DNA of 64,000 bases from a virus. The first letter of the stretch is position 1. Every line of letters begins with the position of its first letter. The notes beneath the pieces are model-generated. The model had not been told where the DNA came from, ran no database searches, and worked only from the letters and a program-made list of their open reading frames with translations. Shown one piece after another: positions 47,058 to 56,732 of this stretch. The stretch spans positions 6,780 through 70,779 of IMG/VR virus record IMGVR_UViG_3300047160_007655. One strand, given 5' to 3'. The translations under genes were made by a program, and so were the position numbers.

Positions 47058-47414
47058 ATGAACAGGCGTGTCTTTCTTCGAGCGCTCGGAATCCTTGCGG
47101 CTGCATCCACATCACCTTTAGCGGCCGCCGCACCGTCCATCGCTGAGAAAGTTTCGGGGCCGGTCCACAAGTTTGCCCTAAAACGGATGGGGCCGAAGCC
47201 GGAGCAGATTCAGGCCGTAATCAATCCAGACTGGGTAGAGGCGCCGTACGAGCTGGTATTTTTCATCGCGGATTATGCCGATTGCAGGAGCTCTCAATTT
47301 GACCCGGCGCCGGTACGCTTCCGTAACCGCGCATCGGCCGACTGGTATTTTGACTATATGGCGGGCAAAATGCCCCCCGAAGTTTATTGGAAAAAGATTG
47401 CTTCCAGCACTTGA
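47058..47414 (+). CDS. Protein with Tat-type signal peptide
   Basis: MNRRVFLRALGILAAA twin-arginine motif. Confidence 0.65.
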   Translation: MNRRVFLRALGILAAASTSPLAAAAPSIAEKVSGPVHKFALKRMGPKPEQIQAVINPDWVEAPYELVFFIADYADCRSSQFDPAPVRFRNRASADWYFDYMAGKMPPEVYWKKIASST

Positions 47415-47447
47415 CAGGGAGCCGCCCTCGTGTATATTGAGGGCATG
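47411..47447 (+). promoter_or_regulatory. sigma70-type leaderless promoter
   Basis: TTGACA-16-TATATT-6 nt-ATG. Confidence 0.75.
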
Positions 47448-47642
47448 AGTAAAAAACATTTCGAAGCCGCCGCAGCGCGAATCGCTGGTCTACGTAAAGT
47501 CGCCGCCCTTATCCCAGAGGCTGATGCCCGGGCTCACCAAATGGCAGCCGCCGACGGCGCCGAGGCCATCGTGATTGCGCTGGGGCAGGAATTTAATCCC
47601 CGGTTCGATGTCGCCCGTTTTCACGCCGCCTGCCAACCTTAA
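47445..47642 (+). CDS. Hypothetical protein
   Basis: MSKKHFEAAA..NPRFDVARFHAAC, a recurrent small phage protein pattern. Confidence 0.7.
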   Translation: MSKKHFEAAAARIAGLRKVAALIPEADARAHQMAAADGAEAIVIALGQEFNPRFDVARFHAACQP

Positions 47643-47652
47643 AGGACTGTAT

Positions 47653-47889
47653 ATGAAAGACTTAAAAGGTTATCTTGTTCTCTCCGTTTCCGATCTCCGC
47701 AATATGCTCAAAGTCGCCCGCGAGCAGGCCCACAAGGAGGGCTATCGCGGCCGAGCCTCGGGCAAGTGGTGCTTGGTGCTGTCGGACATCACCTTGAGCG
47801 ATGTTGGGACCAGCGAGGACGGCGAGCTGCAAATCAGCTCCTACGACATCGCGTACAGGGTCCGCGCTATCCGAAAGGCTGGGAAATGA
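47653..47889 (+). CDS. Hypothetical protein
   Basis: AAGGA upstream of MKDLKGY. Confidence 0.6.
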   Translation: MKDLKGYLVLSVSDLRNMLKVAREQAHKEGYRGRASGKWCLVLSDITLSDVGTSEDGELQISSYDIAYRVRAIRKAGK

Positions 47890-47944
47890 AGCGGCGCATC
47901 CGGCAGAACATTTGGGGCAACTGGTATGGACATGAGGGGCGCGC

Positions 47945-47981
47945 TTGACAAGCCGCCGGACCTGTGCCACATTGAGGTATG
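47945..47981 (+). promoter_or_regulatory. sigma70-type leaderless promoter, repeat copy 1
   Basis: TTGACA-17-CACATT-5 nt-ATG; 36/37 identical to 48244-48280. Confidence 0.75.
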
Positions 47982-48242
47982 TTTTACAATATTCAAGAAC
48001 AGGAAGAGTGGGAATACCAGCTCAACGCGAAGGCCGATTACTTGTCCGAAGCTTTCGGCGACGAGGGCCGCAGACTTGCAGCGCAAGGGGCTGATGAAAT
48101 GGCCGAGGGCATGGGTTTTACCTCCTATGCCGCATATCGGTCAGCGCTGGCTGAAGAGGCGCGCCGCCAGCGCTGCGCCAACGCCATCCGGGCCAATCAC
48201 GCCGAAGCTTGCCAGCTTCCGTCAGATGACATCCCTTTTTGA
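47979..48242 (+). CDS. Hypothetical protein
   Basis: Bounded by the repeated promoters; ends DDIPF (SSB-like tail). Confidence 0.7.
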   Translation: MFYNIQEQEEWEYQLNAKADYLSEAFGDEGRRLAAQGADEMAEGMGFTSYAAYRSALAEEARRQRCANAIRANHAEACQLPSDDIPF

Positions 48243-48243
48243 T

Positions 48244-48280
48244 TTGACAAGCCGCCGGACCTGTGCCATATTGAGGTATG
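48244..48280 (+). promoter_or_regulatory. sigma70-type leaderless promoter, repeat copy 2
   Basis: TTGACA-17-CATATT-5 nt-ATG. Confidence 0.8.
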
Positions 48281-48538
48281 TCTAACATTTATTTTGAAAC
48301 TTTCGGTGAAGCGATTGACGGAGCTATCGGCGCCATCCATGCCCGCAACGGTGTGCTGATTTCCTCTTGCTATGAGGCAAGCGAGGTCATGGGTGCGGAG
48401 CCCATCAACTACAACCAGACCCGGACTTTCGACTTCCCCATCGAATTTCTGAAGGGCAAGCCGACCCGCAAGTATTATCACGTCTCGATTTACCGGATGC
48501 CGTCCGGTCGCTACGAGCTCACGACCTACGTGTTATAG
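48278..48538 (+). CDS. Hypothetical protein
   Basis: YFETFGEAI..HVSIYRMPSGRYELTTY small phage protein. Confidence 0.7.
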   Translation: MSNIYFETFGEAIDGAIGAIHARNGVLISSCYEASEVMGAEPINYNQTRTFDFPIEFLKGKPTRKYYHVSIYRMPSGRYELTTYVL

Positions 48539-48567
48539 CACTTGACAGCGTTTAAATATAGGAGTCT

Positions 48568-49002
48568 ATGAAATACGTCCAGCCAAAAGACAGAGCCAAC
48601 GAGGTGCGCGCAATGGAGCAGGTCCGGCGCGAGTGCCTCCGCCTGATGCCCGGGAGCCGCTGGGAAGTGCGCCAAGAGAGCGACGAGAACTGCTTTGACG
48701 GCTCCCTGTATCGCGACGGCAAGCTTTTCGCCATCGTGGAAGTGCGGGGCCGCAACGGCGACCCCTCGCGATATAGCGAGTGGCACACCCGGAAGTCGAA
48801 AGTCGACAAACTCGTATCGATTGCCCGGCGGGACGGCGTGAAATGCCTCTTGGTGATTACTTGGAACGGCGCCCCCTATCTGGCCGATGCCGTCAAGTTC
48901 CCGCCTCTCCAGTCTCATATGTCCGGCCGCACCGACCGGAACAACCCGGCCGATTGGGAGGAGCTCTACCTCATTCCGTCCAACCTCTTTTATCGAATTT
49001 GA
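48568..49002 (+). CDS. PD-(D/E)xK-like nuclease
   Basis: E..FDGSLYRDGKLFAIVEVRGR pattern. Confidence 0.55.
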   Translation: MKYVQPKDRANEVRAMEQVRRECLRLMPGSRWEVRQESDENCFDGSLYRDGKLFAIVEVRGRNGDPSRYSEWHTRKSKVDKLVSIARRDGVKCLLVITWNGAPYLADAVKFPPLQSHMSGRTDRNNPADWEELYLIPSNLFYRI

Positions 49003-49015
49003 GAAATATTGAATT

Positions 49016-49357
49016 ATGAAACTATCCCTTCCTGACCGTCTTCGACACCTCGCCGAGTCGCTACCTAAAAAATTTCTACGAGTCAAGGCGAAAGTGATGG
49101 TCCCCCAGCTTGGGAGAAAAACTCCTGTTGAAGCTTCCCGAACTTTTTGGACGTTCCAGAAATCCATTCGCCCCGACGGGACGCTTTCATTTGTAGAATG
49201 CGATTGTGCTGGCTGCAATGACAGCGCCGCTATCGAAGCCGGGAATGGGGGAGTTATGACGATATTTATTTGCAAGCCGGACGACATTATATGGGAACGC
49301 CCGGGGCACTACGATAAGCGTTACGACTGCTTGGTGGAAGATAAAAAACCCATTTGA
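49016..49357 (+). CDS. Hypothetical protein
   Basis: 113-aa ORF whose stop lies in the next -35 box. Confidence 0.6.
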   Translation: MKLSLPDRLRHLAESLPKKFLRVKAKVMVPQLGRKTPVEASRTFWTFQKSIRPDGTLSFVECDCAGCNDSAAIEAGNGGVMTIFICKPDDIIWERPGHYDKRYDCLVEDKKPI

Positions 49358-49391
49358 CAAGCCGCTAGATGTGTGCCATAATGTAGGCATG
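49354..49391 (+). promoter_or_regulatory. sigma70-type leaderless promoter of the helicase
   Basis: TTGACA-17-CATAAT (TG extension)-6 nt-ATG. Confidence 0.8.
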
Positions 49392-51194
49392 ACTGAGATT
49401 TTGAATCAACTGAGCTGGAGCGCTGAGCCTGTCCAACTGCCGAAAGGCCGTCCCGCCTTTGTGGCGACCCCTACCCCGGCGTTCTGGACGCTCTGGCGTT
49501 CCAGCAAGGATGATGTGAAAGCCGCCGGTTACTTCGTTGACAAGGTGGATGGCCAGTTCATCGTTTTGCATCGCCACAACCTAGCTGCCGCGACTGTCAC
49601 CGCCACAAGCCTTCCTTCCGCTGCGGACATCGTTGTTCCGGCCGCTACCGAAGTGGTTTATGTCCGCCAAGCCGAGCGCATCGAAGGTTTTGTTGCCCAG
49701 CCCGCGCCGGAAGACCGCAACTGGACGGCCGAGCAGCACGCAATTTTCGAGTGGTTTCGGACCTACAATCCAGCTGAGCTGGCTCTTGAGGTTGTCGCCC
49801 GCGCCGGGACCGGCAAAACCACTGTTATCAAAATCGCGATGACGATGGCTGCCGAAGCGCGCATTCTCTACGCTGTGTTTGGCAAGCGCAACCAGCTCGA
49901 AGCGCAGGACGTGATTTGCGACCCTCGCGTTGACGTGCTGACTCTGCACGCTCTGGGTTTCCGCTTCATCAAAAACGTTTGGAGCAACGTGACGGTTGAT
50001 AAAGACGTGGAAGTGGCCCGCGTGCTGGCTGCTGGCGCCGAACTGGCCCCCGACGAAGTCGTCAGCGCCATTGTCAAACTGGTCTCGCTCGCCAAGAATC
50101 GTTTCCTCTGGCCATCGGTGGAAGAGCTGACCGAGCTGGCCGACCAGCCGCAGGTTTTCCAGCCCGAATTCGAAGCCGCCGGATGGAACATTGCCCGCCT
50201 CGCGGAATGCGCTCTGGGAGCAATGAAGCAATCGCTGGTGCGCGATTCTTTGAACCGCATCTCTTTCGACGACATGGTTTGGCTTCCGGTTGCCGCCAAT
50301 TGGGTCCGGCAGGAATATGACATGGTTTGCGTTGACGAGTGCCAAGACATGAACATGCCGCAACTCACGATGGCCCGCCTCGCCTGCCGCAAAGACGGCC
50401 GCATCGTGATAGTCGGCGACGACCGTCAGGCCATTTTCGGTTTTCGCGGCGCCGTTCAAGACGGAATGGGAATGATGCAGAAGCAGCTCAACGCCGCTGT
50501 CAAAACTCTCACGGTTACTTTCCGCTGCGGGCAGGAGATTGTGGAAGCGGCCCAGAAGTTTGTGCCGGATTACAAAGCGGCCCCGAGCGCGCCTCACGCC
50601 ATTCTGCGCGACATCGACATCAGCTTGGTAGCGGCGCAAGCGATGCCGGGTGATGCCATCCTGAGCCGCTATAATGCCCCGCTGATGCCCCTCTGTCTGG
50701 CGCTCCTGCGCAAAGGCGTCTCGGCTCGCATCGAAGGCCGTCAAATCGGCAAGGAGCTTGCCGCGCTGGCTCGCAAAATGAAGGCTCGCAGCGTTCCCCA
50801 GTTCATCACCAAGGTAAGCAGCTGGGCCGACAGCCAGACTCGCCGCTTTCAGAAGAGCAAGAACGCGGAAGCGAAGTTGGAGCAGATTCAAGACACCGCT
50901 GCGACCCTCGTTGCAGTCGCCGAGGGCGCCAGCAGCGTGAATGAAGTGCTGAGCCGCCTTGAGAACCTTTTTGTTGACTCCAAGACCGGCGAAAAGGCGC
51001 ACGCCGTGGTCCTGAGCAGCACGCACAAGGCCAAGGGGCTGGAATGGAATCGAGTTTTTCTGGTGGCCGACAGCTACAAGAAACACATTCAAGGCGGCGA
51101 GGAAGAAAATCTTTACTACGTCGCGATGACCCGGGCAAAGACTGAGCTGGTGCACGCTTGGGGACAAATTAACGAGCAAATCAAAAATAACTAA
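49389..51194 (+). CDS. UvrD/Rep-family SF1 helicase
   Basis: ARAGTGKTT, VDECQD, VGDDRQAIFGFRGA, TFRC, STHKAKGLEW, YVAMTRAK. Confidence 0.92.
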   Translation: MTEILNQLSWSAEPVQLPKGRPAFVATPTPAFWTLWRSSKDDVKAAGYFVDKVDGQFIVLHRHNLAAATVTATSLPSAADIVVPAATEVVYVRQAERIEGFVAQPAPEDRNWTAEQHAIFEWFRTYNPAELALEVVARAGTGKTTVIKIAMTMAAEARILYAVFGKRNQLEAQDVICDPRVDVLTLHALGFRFIKNVWSNVTVDKDVEVARVLAAGAELAPDEVVSAIVKLVSLAKNRFLWPSVEELTELADQPQVFQPEFEAAGWNIARLAECALGAMKQSLVRDSLNRISFDDMVWLPVAANWVRQEYDMVCVDECQDMNMPQLTMARLACRKDGRIVIVGDDRQAIFGFRGAVQDGMGMMQKQLNAAVKTLTVTFRCGQEIVEAAQKFVPDYKAAPSAPHAILRDIDISLVAAQAMPGDAILSRYNAPLMPLCLALLRKGVSARIEGRQIGKELAALARKMKARSVPQFITKVSSWADSQTRRFQKSKNAEAKLEQIQDTAATLVAVAEGASSVNEVLSRLENLFVDSKTGEKAHAVVLSSTHKAKGLEWNRVFLVADSYKKHIQGGEEENLYYVAMTRAKTELVHAWGQINEQIKNN

Positions 51195-51379
51195 AAACAA
51201 AAATGAACGCAAAAATAATCCAGATAGCAATACTACCCGAAAGCGAAGAGCGATGGGCGTCTCTATTGGCACTGACCGCCGATGGCCGCATTTTCAAAAA
51301 GACCATGCCCGGCAGCGACCATTCGGACAGACCTTGGGAAGAGGTGCTAACCAAAGAATTTGATAACTAAAGAAAAAAT

Positions 51380-52054
51380 ATGACATTCGAGGAATTGAAC
51401 AAAAAACTGAACGGCGCTGAGCTAGCAAAAAATTGGCGGCAAGCCAAAGGAGGGGGCTGGATTCATGAAGGCGCCGAGGTGGATGACGAAAATTCGATTA
51501 AAGAAAATGCACTTGTTTGGGGTCGGGTCTCCGGCACTGCGCAGGTCTCCGGTGATGCGCAGGTCTACGACAATGCGAAGGTCTTCAGCAATGCGCGGGT
51601 CTTCGGCAATGCGCAGGTCTTCGGCAATGCGCAGGTCTCCGGCGATGCGTGGGTCTTCGGCAATGCGTGGGTCTTCGGCAATGCGCTGGTCTGCGGCAAT
51701 GCGCGGGTCTGCGGCGATGCGCTGGTCTCCGGTGATGCGCAGGTCTTCGGCAATGCGCGGGTCTTCGGCAATGCGCGGGTCTTCGGCAATGCGCAGGTCT
51801 TCGGCAATGCGCTGGTCTGCGGCAATGCGCGGGTCTGCGGCGATGCATGGGCACAGTCTCCCCTTTTTATTGTTGGTTCTCGGCACTCGCTGACAAATGC
51901 CAAAAGAGGGCATATTCAAATTGGATGCCAATGCCAGACTTTTGCTTGGTGGAAAAAGAACGGAGCAAAGCTGGCAAAGGAAAGTGGCTACTCTGAGGCA
52001 GAAATCGAAGAGTATGCCGCTTACGTAAAGCTGTTTTGTAAAATTGGAAAGTAA
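51380..52054 (+). CDS. Hexapeptide-repeat (left-handed beta-helix-like) protein
   Basis: Tandem (V-F/S/C-G-N/D-A-x) repeats; IQIGCQ..W C-domain. Confidence 0.85.
   Translation: MTFEELNKKLNGAELAKNWRQAKGGGWIHEGAEVDDENSIKENALVWGRVSGTAQVSGDAQVYDNAKVFSNARVFGNAQVFGNAQVSGDAWVFGNAWVFGNALVCGNARVCGDALVSGDAQVFGNARVFGNARVFGNAQVFGNALVCGNARVCGDAWAQSPLFIVGSRHSLTNAKRGHIQIGCQCQTFAWWKKNGAKLAKESGYSEAEIEEYAAYVKLFCKIGK
51526..51848 (+). repeat. 18-bp coding tandem repeat
   Basis: GTCTTCGGCAATGCGC(A/G)G variants, about 18 units. Confidence 0.9.
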
Positions 52055-52061
52055 AAAAAAC

Positions 52062-52703
52062 ATGAACCGACACGTAAACAAACACAAAATGGTCAAACTT
52101 AGCCCTCGGCCCGGACTCCGAGAAGTGGCATTTGACCACATGCCCAAAACAGTGGCCACTGAAATCCTTTGCAAGCCGGGCGCGAAGCTGAGCAACCGCG
52201 ACCGGAAGGTTTTGATGCGAGCTCGCGAGACTCGTTACGAGGCCGATATTGACATTGACCAAGAACAGCGAGTCGAACACCGGCTGGCTTTTCGGATGGC
52301 GCAAAAGCCGTGGGCTACGCTATGCCGCTTCAAGAAGCGCTGCACGACCCGGCGTTTTCTCGTCCAGCGAATGCACGCAACGCTGTCCCGGCGTGCCGAC
52401 GAACTGGGGCAACGTACAGGTCCTCCCAGCCAGTCCGAGGCGATGACGCTCCTGCTCATTGACAAGCAGCTGGCTGAATTGGCACTGCGTGCCGCCCGGC
52501 TCGATTTGGTTGCCGATGCCGTTGACGCCGAGATGCGCAACCGGAAAGCCTCGCAGGCCAGCATCAAGAAGTTGATTGACTCCTTGTTTGGCGCCCCCAA
52601 CTTTGCGCGCCGACTGAAAAAACTGCTTTCAGAACAGCGGCCCTCTGCTATAGTGTCGACAGATGCGAAAGCAGACAAATGCCGACCTTGCGTGAAAAGC
52701 TAA
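52062..52703 (+). CDS. Basic helical hypothetical protein
   Basis: Arg-rich ORF. Confidence 0.55.
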   Translation: MNRHVNKHKMVKLSPRPGLREVAFDHMPKTVATEILCKPGAKLSNRDRKVLMRARETRYEADIDIDQEQRVEHRLAFRMAQKPWATLCRFKKRCTTRRFLVQRMHATLSRRADELGQRTGPPSQSEAMTLLLIDKQLAELALRAARLDLVADAVDAEMRNRKASQASIKKLIDSLFGAPNFARRLKKLLSEQRPSAIVSTDAKADKCRPCVKS

Positions 52704-52787
52704 GCTGGATGGGGCTGGATGACCCGAATGTCATCCGGCCCCGTGTGGCGGAGTCGGCGAGAGTAACTGAAAAAACAAAACTGATAT

Positions 52788-53810
52788 ATGAGCGAGAGTG
52801 GAGATTTGAAAGCCGCGCCAGCAACGCCAGTGGATATGACAACTCAGCTGAAGGCTCAGCTGGATGCCCAGCAAAAGCTAATCGACCAGAAGCTAGCCGA
52901 GCTCCAAATGATTCAGTCGACGGCAATGCCAATGACTCCGGCAGCGCAACAGGAGAGTAAGGAATACTCCGCGCCCGGCGGACGCCACGGCGAGACCCAA
53001 ACCACTCTGGAAGACCCGGCGCTTTTCACGCAAGGCGCGCCGGTGGCGCCTGCCATCACGGCCGCTCAGCGTGGACGTGTGCTACACAATTTTGAAGGAG
53101 CTGCACCCGGTGTCACCCCTAACCCCGTGGCCCCTCTGGCAGCTCCTCAACCGGCGGCATCTTTTAACTTGCCGCCGGTGCTCTTCTTTACCGGCCTATC
53201 CGGTGCGGGCAAATCGCATCTAGTAAACCTAATGGGCGCGCACGAGCTCAAGGTCAGCGATTGCATTCTCGCTCTTGCGTCACAGTTTTTCCCGAGTGTG
53301 CAGCACTCCGGTGACTTCGTTCAGACGACCCTTATTTGGGGAGCCGGGTACACTGACGCGAAGTATCCCATCAGCCCGGCGCGCCTGCTTTTTGTCAACT
53401 ACGCCCGGACTATATGGGAAGACTTTGGCACCCCGGGATTTTGGCAGCGGCAAATTTTCCGAGACGCGCAGAAGATGCTCGCCGAGGATGGCGTCCGAGT
53501 AGTCATCACGACTGTAACGGACGACCAGACGTTTACCTATCTCAAGGAACAAGGCGCGCAGCACTGGCACGTAATGTGCAGCCCGGCAGCGATGCAGACC
53601 CGGCCGAAACGGCAGGGCGCCTCGGCCGAGCTGGCAACCAAACTGCAACAGCAGCTACAGCAGGACTTGTCAGTCCGCCGGGATGGCCAGCGTTTAAACT
53701 GCATATGGACATCCCCGGACGTGCTCAACCCGGCTCGGCTCTACACCGTGCCGGATTTTCTCCAGCTTGTGAATCAACAAATGACGAGCGGGCCTGTGAC
53801 GGGAGAGTAA
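52788..53810 (+). CDS. P-loop (d)NMP-kinase-like protein with low-complexity N-terminus
   Basis: LFFTGLSGAGKSHL; WG; FGTPGFW; VVITTV. Confidence 0.6.
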   Translation: MSESGDLKAAPATPVDMTTQLKAQLDAQQKLIDQKLAELQMIQSTAMPMTPAAQQESKEYSAPGGRHGETQTTLEDPALFTQGAPVAPAITAAQRGRVLHNFEGAAPGVTPNPVAPLAAPQPAASFNLPPVLFFTGLSGAGKSHLVNLMGAHELKVSDCILALASQFFPSVQHSGDFVQTTLIWGAGYTDAKYPISPARLLFVNYARTIWEDFGTPGFWQRQIFRDAQKMLAEDGVRVVITTVTDDQTFTYLKEQGAQHWHVMCSPAAMQTRPKRQGASAELATKLQQQLQQDLSVRRDGQRLNCIWTSPDVLNPARLYTVPDFLQLVNQQMTSGPVTGE

Positions 53811-53819
53811 CTATCTAGC

Positions 53820-54038
53820 ATGAAAAGACCTTCTGCTAAAGACCCTAAGCTCGCGAAAGTGGCTCAGGAAACAGGACAAGACGATGCAACTTTTTGGCCG
53901 GGCGATGCCCTGCTGAAACCCGGAACGATAAACAAGAAAACCATAAAAATTGGCGACGGAGTTCTGACTGAAGAGACCCGATTGCCGGAAATGCTCAATG
54001 ATGGAAAACTTAATAACGACGGCTCAAACGCCCGCTAA
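53820..54038 (+). CDS. Hypothetical protein
   Basis: Late motif 3 nt upstream. Confidence 0.55.
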   Translation: MKRPSAKDPKLAKVAQETGQDDATFWPGDALLKPGTINKKTIKIGDGVLTEETRLPEMLNDGKLNNDGSNAR

Positions 54039-54402
54039 AAAGAGAGTGTATCTTGCTGGCCCGATGCGAGGGATACGCGACTTCAACTTTCCCGCATTCC
54101 ACGAAGCGACAGCGAGGCTACGTGAGATGGGATATGAAGTATTCAGCGCCGCTGAATTCGAGGAAGCGCAATTTGGAGTCGGATTCAACAAATCGGAAAC
54201 TGGCGACTTGAAAGACATCGCGCACCTTGCGTGGGATTTTCGCGCCGCCTTTTTCAAAGACTGCGAATACATCACGTTGCAAGCCGATGCCGTGGTGTGC
54301 CTCTCCGGATGGGAAAAATCCAAAGGCGCGACGGCTGAAGTCGCAATTGCCCGAGCACTGTCCATTCCTGTTTTGGACGCTACAACCTTACTGCCCCTAT
54401 GA
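53998..54402 (+). CDS. Nucleoside deoxyribosyltransferase-fold protein (DUF4406-like)
   Basis: RVYLAGPMRG..FNFPAF; ADAVVCLSGWEKSKGATAE. Confidence 0.8.
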   Translation: MMENLITTAQTPAKKRVYLAGPMRGIRDFNFPAFHEATARLREMGYEVFSAAEFEEAQFGVGFNKSETGDLKDIAHLAWDFRAAFFKDCEYITLQADAVVCLSGWEKSKGATAEVAIARALSIPVLDATTLLPL

Positions 54403-54860
54403 ACAGCCCACTCAACGACATTTTGGACGAGCGAAACGAAGTGACCGAGCAGGAAATCATGGACGCTTACAAAACCTCCATCGACAAAGCCCGCCAGCAC
54501 GGCGTAGGGATAGGAATGGGCGGCGCGCCGACCCGGGCGCGCAGCCTGCCATCCGATGCCAAGGAGCGGAAACGGTTTCCTCTTGCTTCCGGGGTTTTGT
54601 TTTACTTCCCTGACGCCCTTTGCGCAGTTGCCGAGCTATCTCAAATCGGCAACGACCAGCACAATCCGGGCAAGCCGTTGCACTGGGACCGGAGCAAAAG
54701 CGGCGACGAGGCGGACACGCTAATGCGGCATCTCGTGCAAAGCGGCACTCGTGATAAAGACGGCGTACGACACTCAGCTAAAGTTGCTTGGCGTGCACTC
54801 GCATTGCTCCAGAAGGAAATCGAGGCCGAGCTCAACGCCGAAACTGACGTTCCCTTTTGA
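54399..54860 (+). CDS. dATP/dGTP diphosphohydrolase-like protein (DUF5664-like)
   Basis: FPDALCAVAELSQIGNDQH..W..LMRHL..HSAKVAWRALA. Confidence 0.7.
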   Translation: MNSPLNDILDERNEVTEQEIMDAYKTSIDKARQHGVGIGMGGAPTRARSLPSDAKERKRFPLASGVLFYFPDALCAVAELSQIGNDQHNPGKPLHWDRSKSGDEADTLMRHLVQSGTRDKDGVRHSAKVAWRALALLQKEIEAELNAETDVPF

Positions 54861-55115
54861 TTAAGGTATTCAATAACCTGTCCTCGTGGGACGGCGGAAT
54901 CCACGGGATACTGATGCAGTATCCCGTGTTCTGTTTCGTCTGGTTCATCGGGGTGACTCTCTGTTGTGTCGCCGTGGTGGCCCGAGAACTTTTTGACCAC
55001 AAGAAATGAGTGAAAAGACCAGCTGGGTAGTAAAGGTCCGGTGTGTCGTTGAAAAAACTCTCGTGACTCACGAGTGTACCTTTGACGAGGCACACAAAGA
55101 CCCCTTCGACTACGT

Positions 55116-56702
55116 TTGTTCCGAAGAAAAAGAAAGCATGACCGATTACGAAGTAGTCTCGGTCAACCGAAACGATTGAACCTTGCCGAGTTGCCATTCA
55201 TCCAGTCTCGTCTCCGGCCGCACCAGCAGGCGCCGTTCGAGCAGATGCGCCGCATTTTGTCCCAGCGATGCGCCGCGCTGGACGAATCCGATACCGGCGT
55301 GGGCAAGTCTTATCTCGCCAGCGCATTTGCGCATCTCTACGACGAGCCCACACTAATTGTAGGCCCCAAGATTGCCGAAAATACATGGCTGCGCGCCGCC
55401 AAACACTTCAATGATAAATTCTCTTATGTGGGATATGAAAAGCTTAGAGCTGGAAACACTCCTTACGGAAAATGGTCTAACAGTGACCGACGCCGTGAGA
55501 AGTTTTTTCAGTGCACAAACTGCCTTTGTAAATTCGACCCCGAATATATTGACGATTGGTTTCCATGTCCCCACCATTCCGCCGGTATTCATTGCTTTGA
55601 CTCGAAGTCTAAGCGGGCAGATTACGGCGACTTTAAATTTGACCCCGCCGTCCGGTGCGTTGTATTCGACGAGGCGCATCGTGGCAATGGCTGGCATTCA
55701 ATCAACGCCGAAATAATTATCGCGGCGCGGAGGCAGAATATAAAAACTCTGGCGCTCTCCGCAACTCCCGCCGTGACTCCGCTGCAAATGAGAGCGCTGG
55801 GCTACCTGTTGGACCTGCACAATGACAACACTGACCTACTATCATCCAGAACCCGAGCACCCGGCAGACTCCTCTGTCCATCTTTTAAAAGATGGCTGTC
55901 TCCTCTGGGCTGTCGCTACTCTGCTGAATTTCATGGCTACCATTGGTTTTCTTCTCCTGAGTGTCAGCAACAAATCATGGACAGCATACGGGCGGATATT
56001 ATACCCAGCCGTGGCATACGGATTAGACGTGAAGACATCGCAGGCTTTCCTGAATGCGATATTCGTGCCGAGCTTTACACCTTGGACGACCCGCGTGCGG
56101 TTGACTCTTGCTACATGGAGATGGCCGGGGCTCTCGCTCAAGTGGCAGCTCGACGAGCTGGCGATAAGTGTCCCGAGCTCGCCATCACCGACGGAATGCG
56201 ACAGCGACAGGAAGTCGAGCTCCTCAAAGTGCCGGTGTTCGAAGAGCTAGCCAACGATTATCTGACTCAAGGATACTCTGTTGTCTTCTTCGTCAACTTT
56301 CGCCAGACGATTGAAGAGCTGCTGAAGCGCTTCCCGTGGGCCGGAGTAATCGACGGGCAAACCAAAAATAGAGACCAGTATGTCGACAAGTTCCAAGAAA
56401 ATTCTCTGCGGGTACTCATTTGCAATTCTGAAGCTGGCGGGATTAATCTGTCTCTTCAAGATTTGGATGGCCGTCATCCTCGCGCTGGGCTTGTCTCTGC
56501 GAACTTTAGTGCAGTCAGCCTCCTTCAGGTATTGGGCCGACTTCCTCGTGACGGCGGGCGCTCTCGCAGTCTATACCGTATTATTTTTGCAGCGGAAACG
56601 ATTGAAGAAGATGTTTACGAGAAAGTGAATCCGAAGCTGGCCAATCTGGGCGCCCTGCTCGATTCGGACCTGCTCCCCAATTTATTGAAAATACGCCCTT
56701 GA
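55116..56702 (+). CDS. SF2 (SNF2-like) helicase with Cys-rich insertion; start uncertain (possibly TTG 55176)
   Basis: LRPHQ, DTGVGKS, FDEAH, LSATP, AGGINLSL, QVLGRLPR. Confidence 0.85.
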   Translation: MFRRKRKHDRLRSSLGQPKRLNLAELPFIQSRLRPHQQAPFEQMRRILSQRCAALDESDTGVGKSYLASAFAHLYDEPTLIVGPKIAENTWLRAAKHFNDKFSYVGYEKLRAGNTPYGKWSNSDRRREKFFQCTNCLCKFDPEYIDDWFPCPHHSAGIHCFDSKSKRADYGDFKFDPAVRCVVFDEAHRGNGWHSINAEIIIAARRQNIKTLALSATPAVTPLQMRALGYLLDLHNDNTDLLSSRTRAPGRLLCPSFKRWLSPLGCRYSAEFHGYHWFSSPECQQQIMDSIRADIIPSRGIRIRREDIAGFPECDIRAELYTLDDPRAVDSCYMEMAGALAQVAARRAGDKCPELAITDGMRQRQEVELLKVPVFEELANDYLTQGYSVVFFVNFRQTIEELLKRFPWAGVIDGQTKNRDQYVDKFQENSLRVLICNSEAGGINLSLQDLDGRHPRAGLVSANFSAVSLLQVLGRLPRDGGRSRSLYRIIFAAETIEEDVYEKVNPKLANLGALLDSDLLPNLLKIRP

Positions 56703-56732
56703 CAAGTCGCCGGGGGTGTGCGAAAGTGCCTT

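Noticed and set aside
49581-51272. 563-aa minus-strand ORF
   Set aside because: Antisense shadow of the UvrD helicase caused by codon bias; the same applies to 21618-22610 and 1329-2222
51422-52195. Repeat-rich ORFs in alternative frames
   Set aside because: By-products of the 18-bp coding repeat of 51380-52054
52675-52695. tmRNA-like tag frame (ACAAAT GCC GAC CTT GCG TGA)
   Set aside because: Only four codons and no associated alanyl acceptor domain; probably chance
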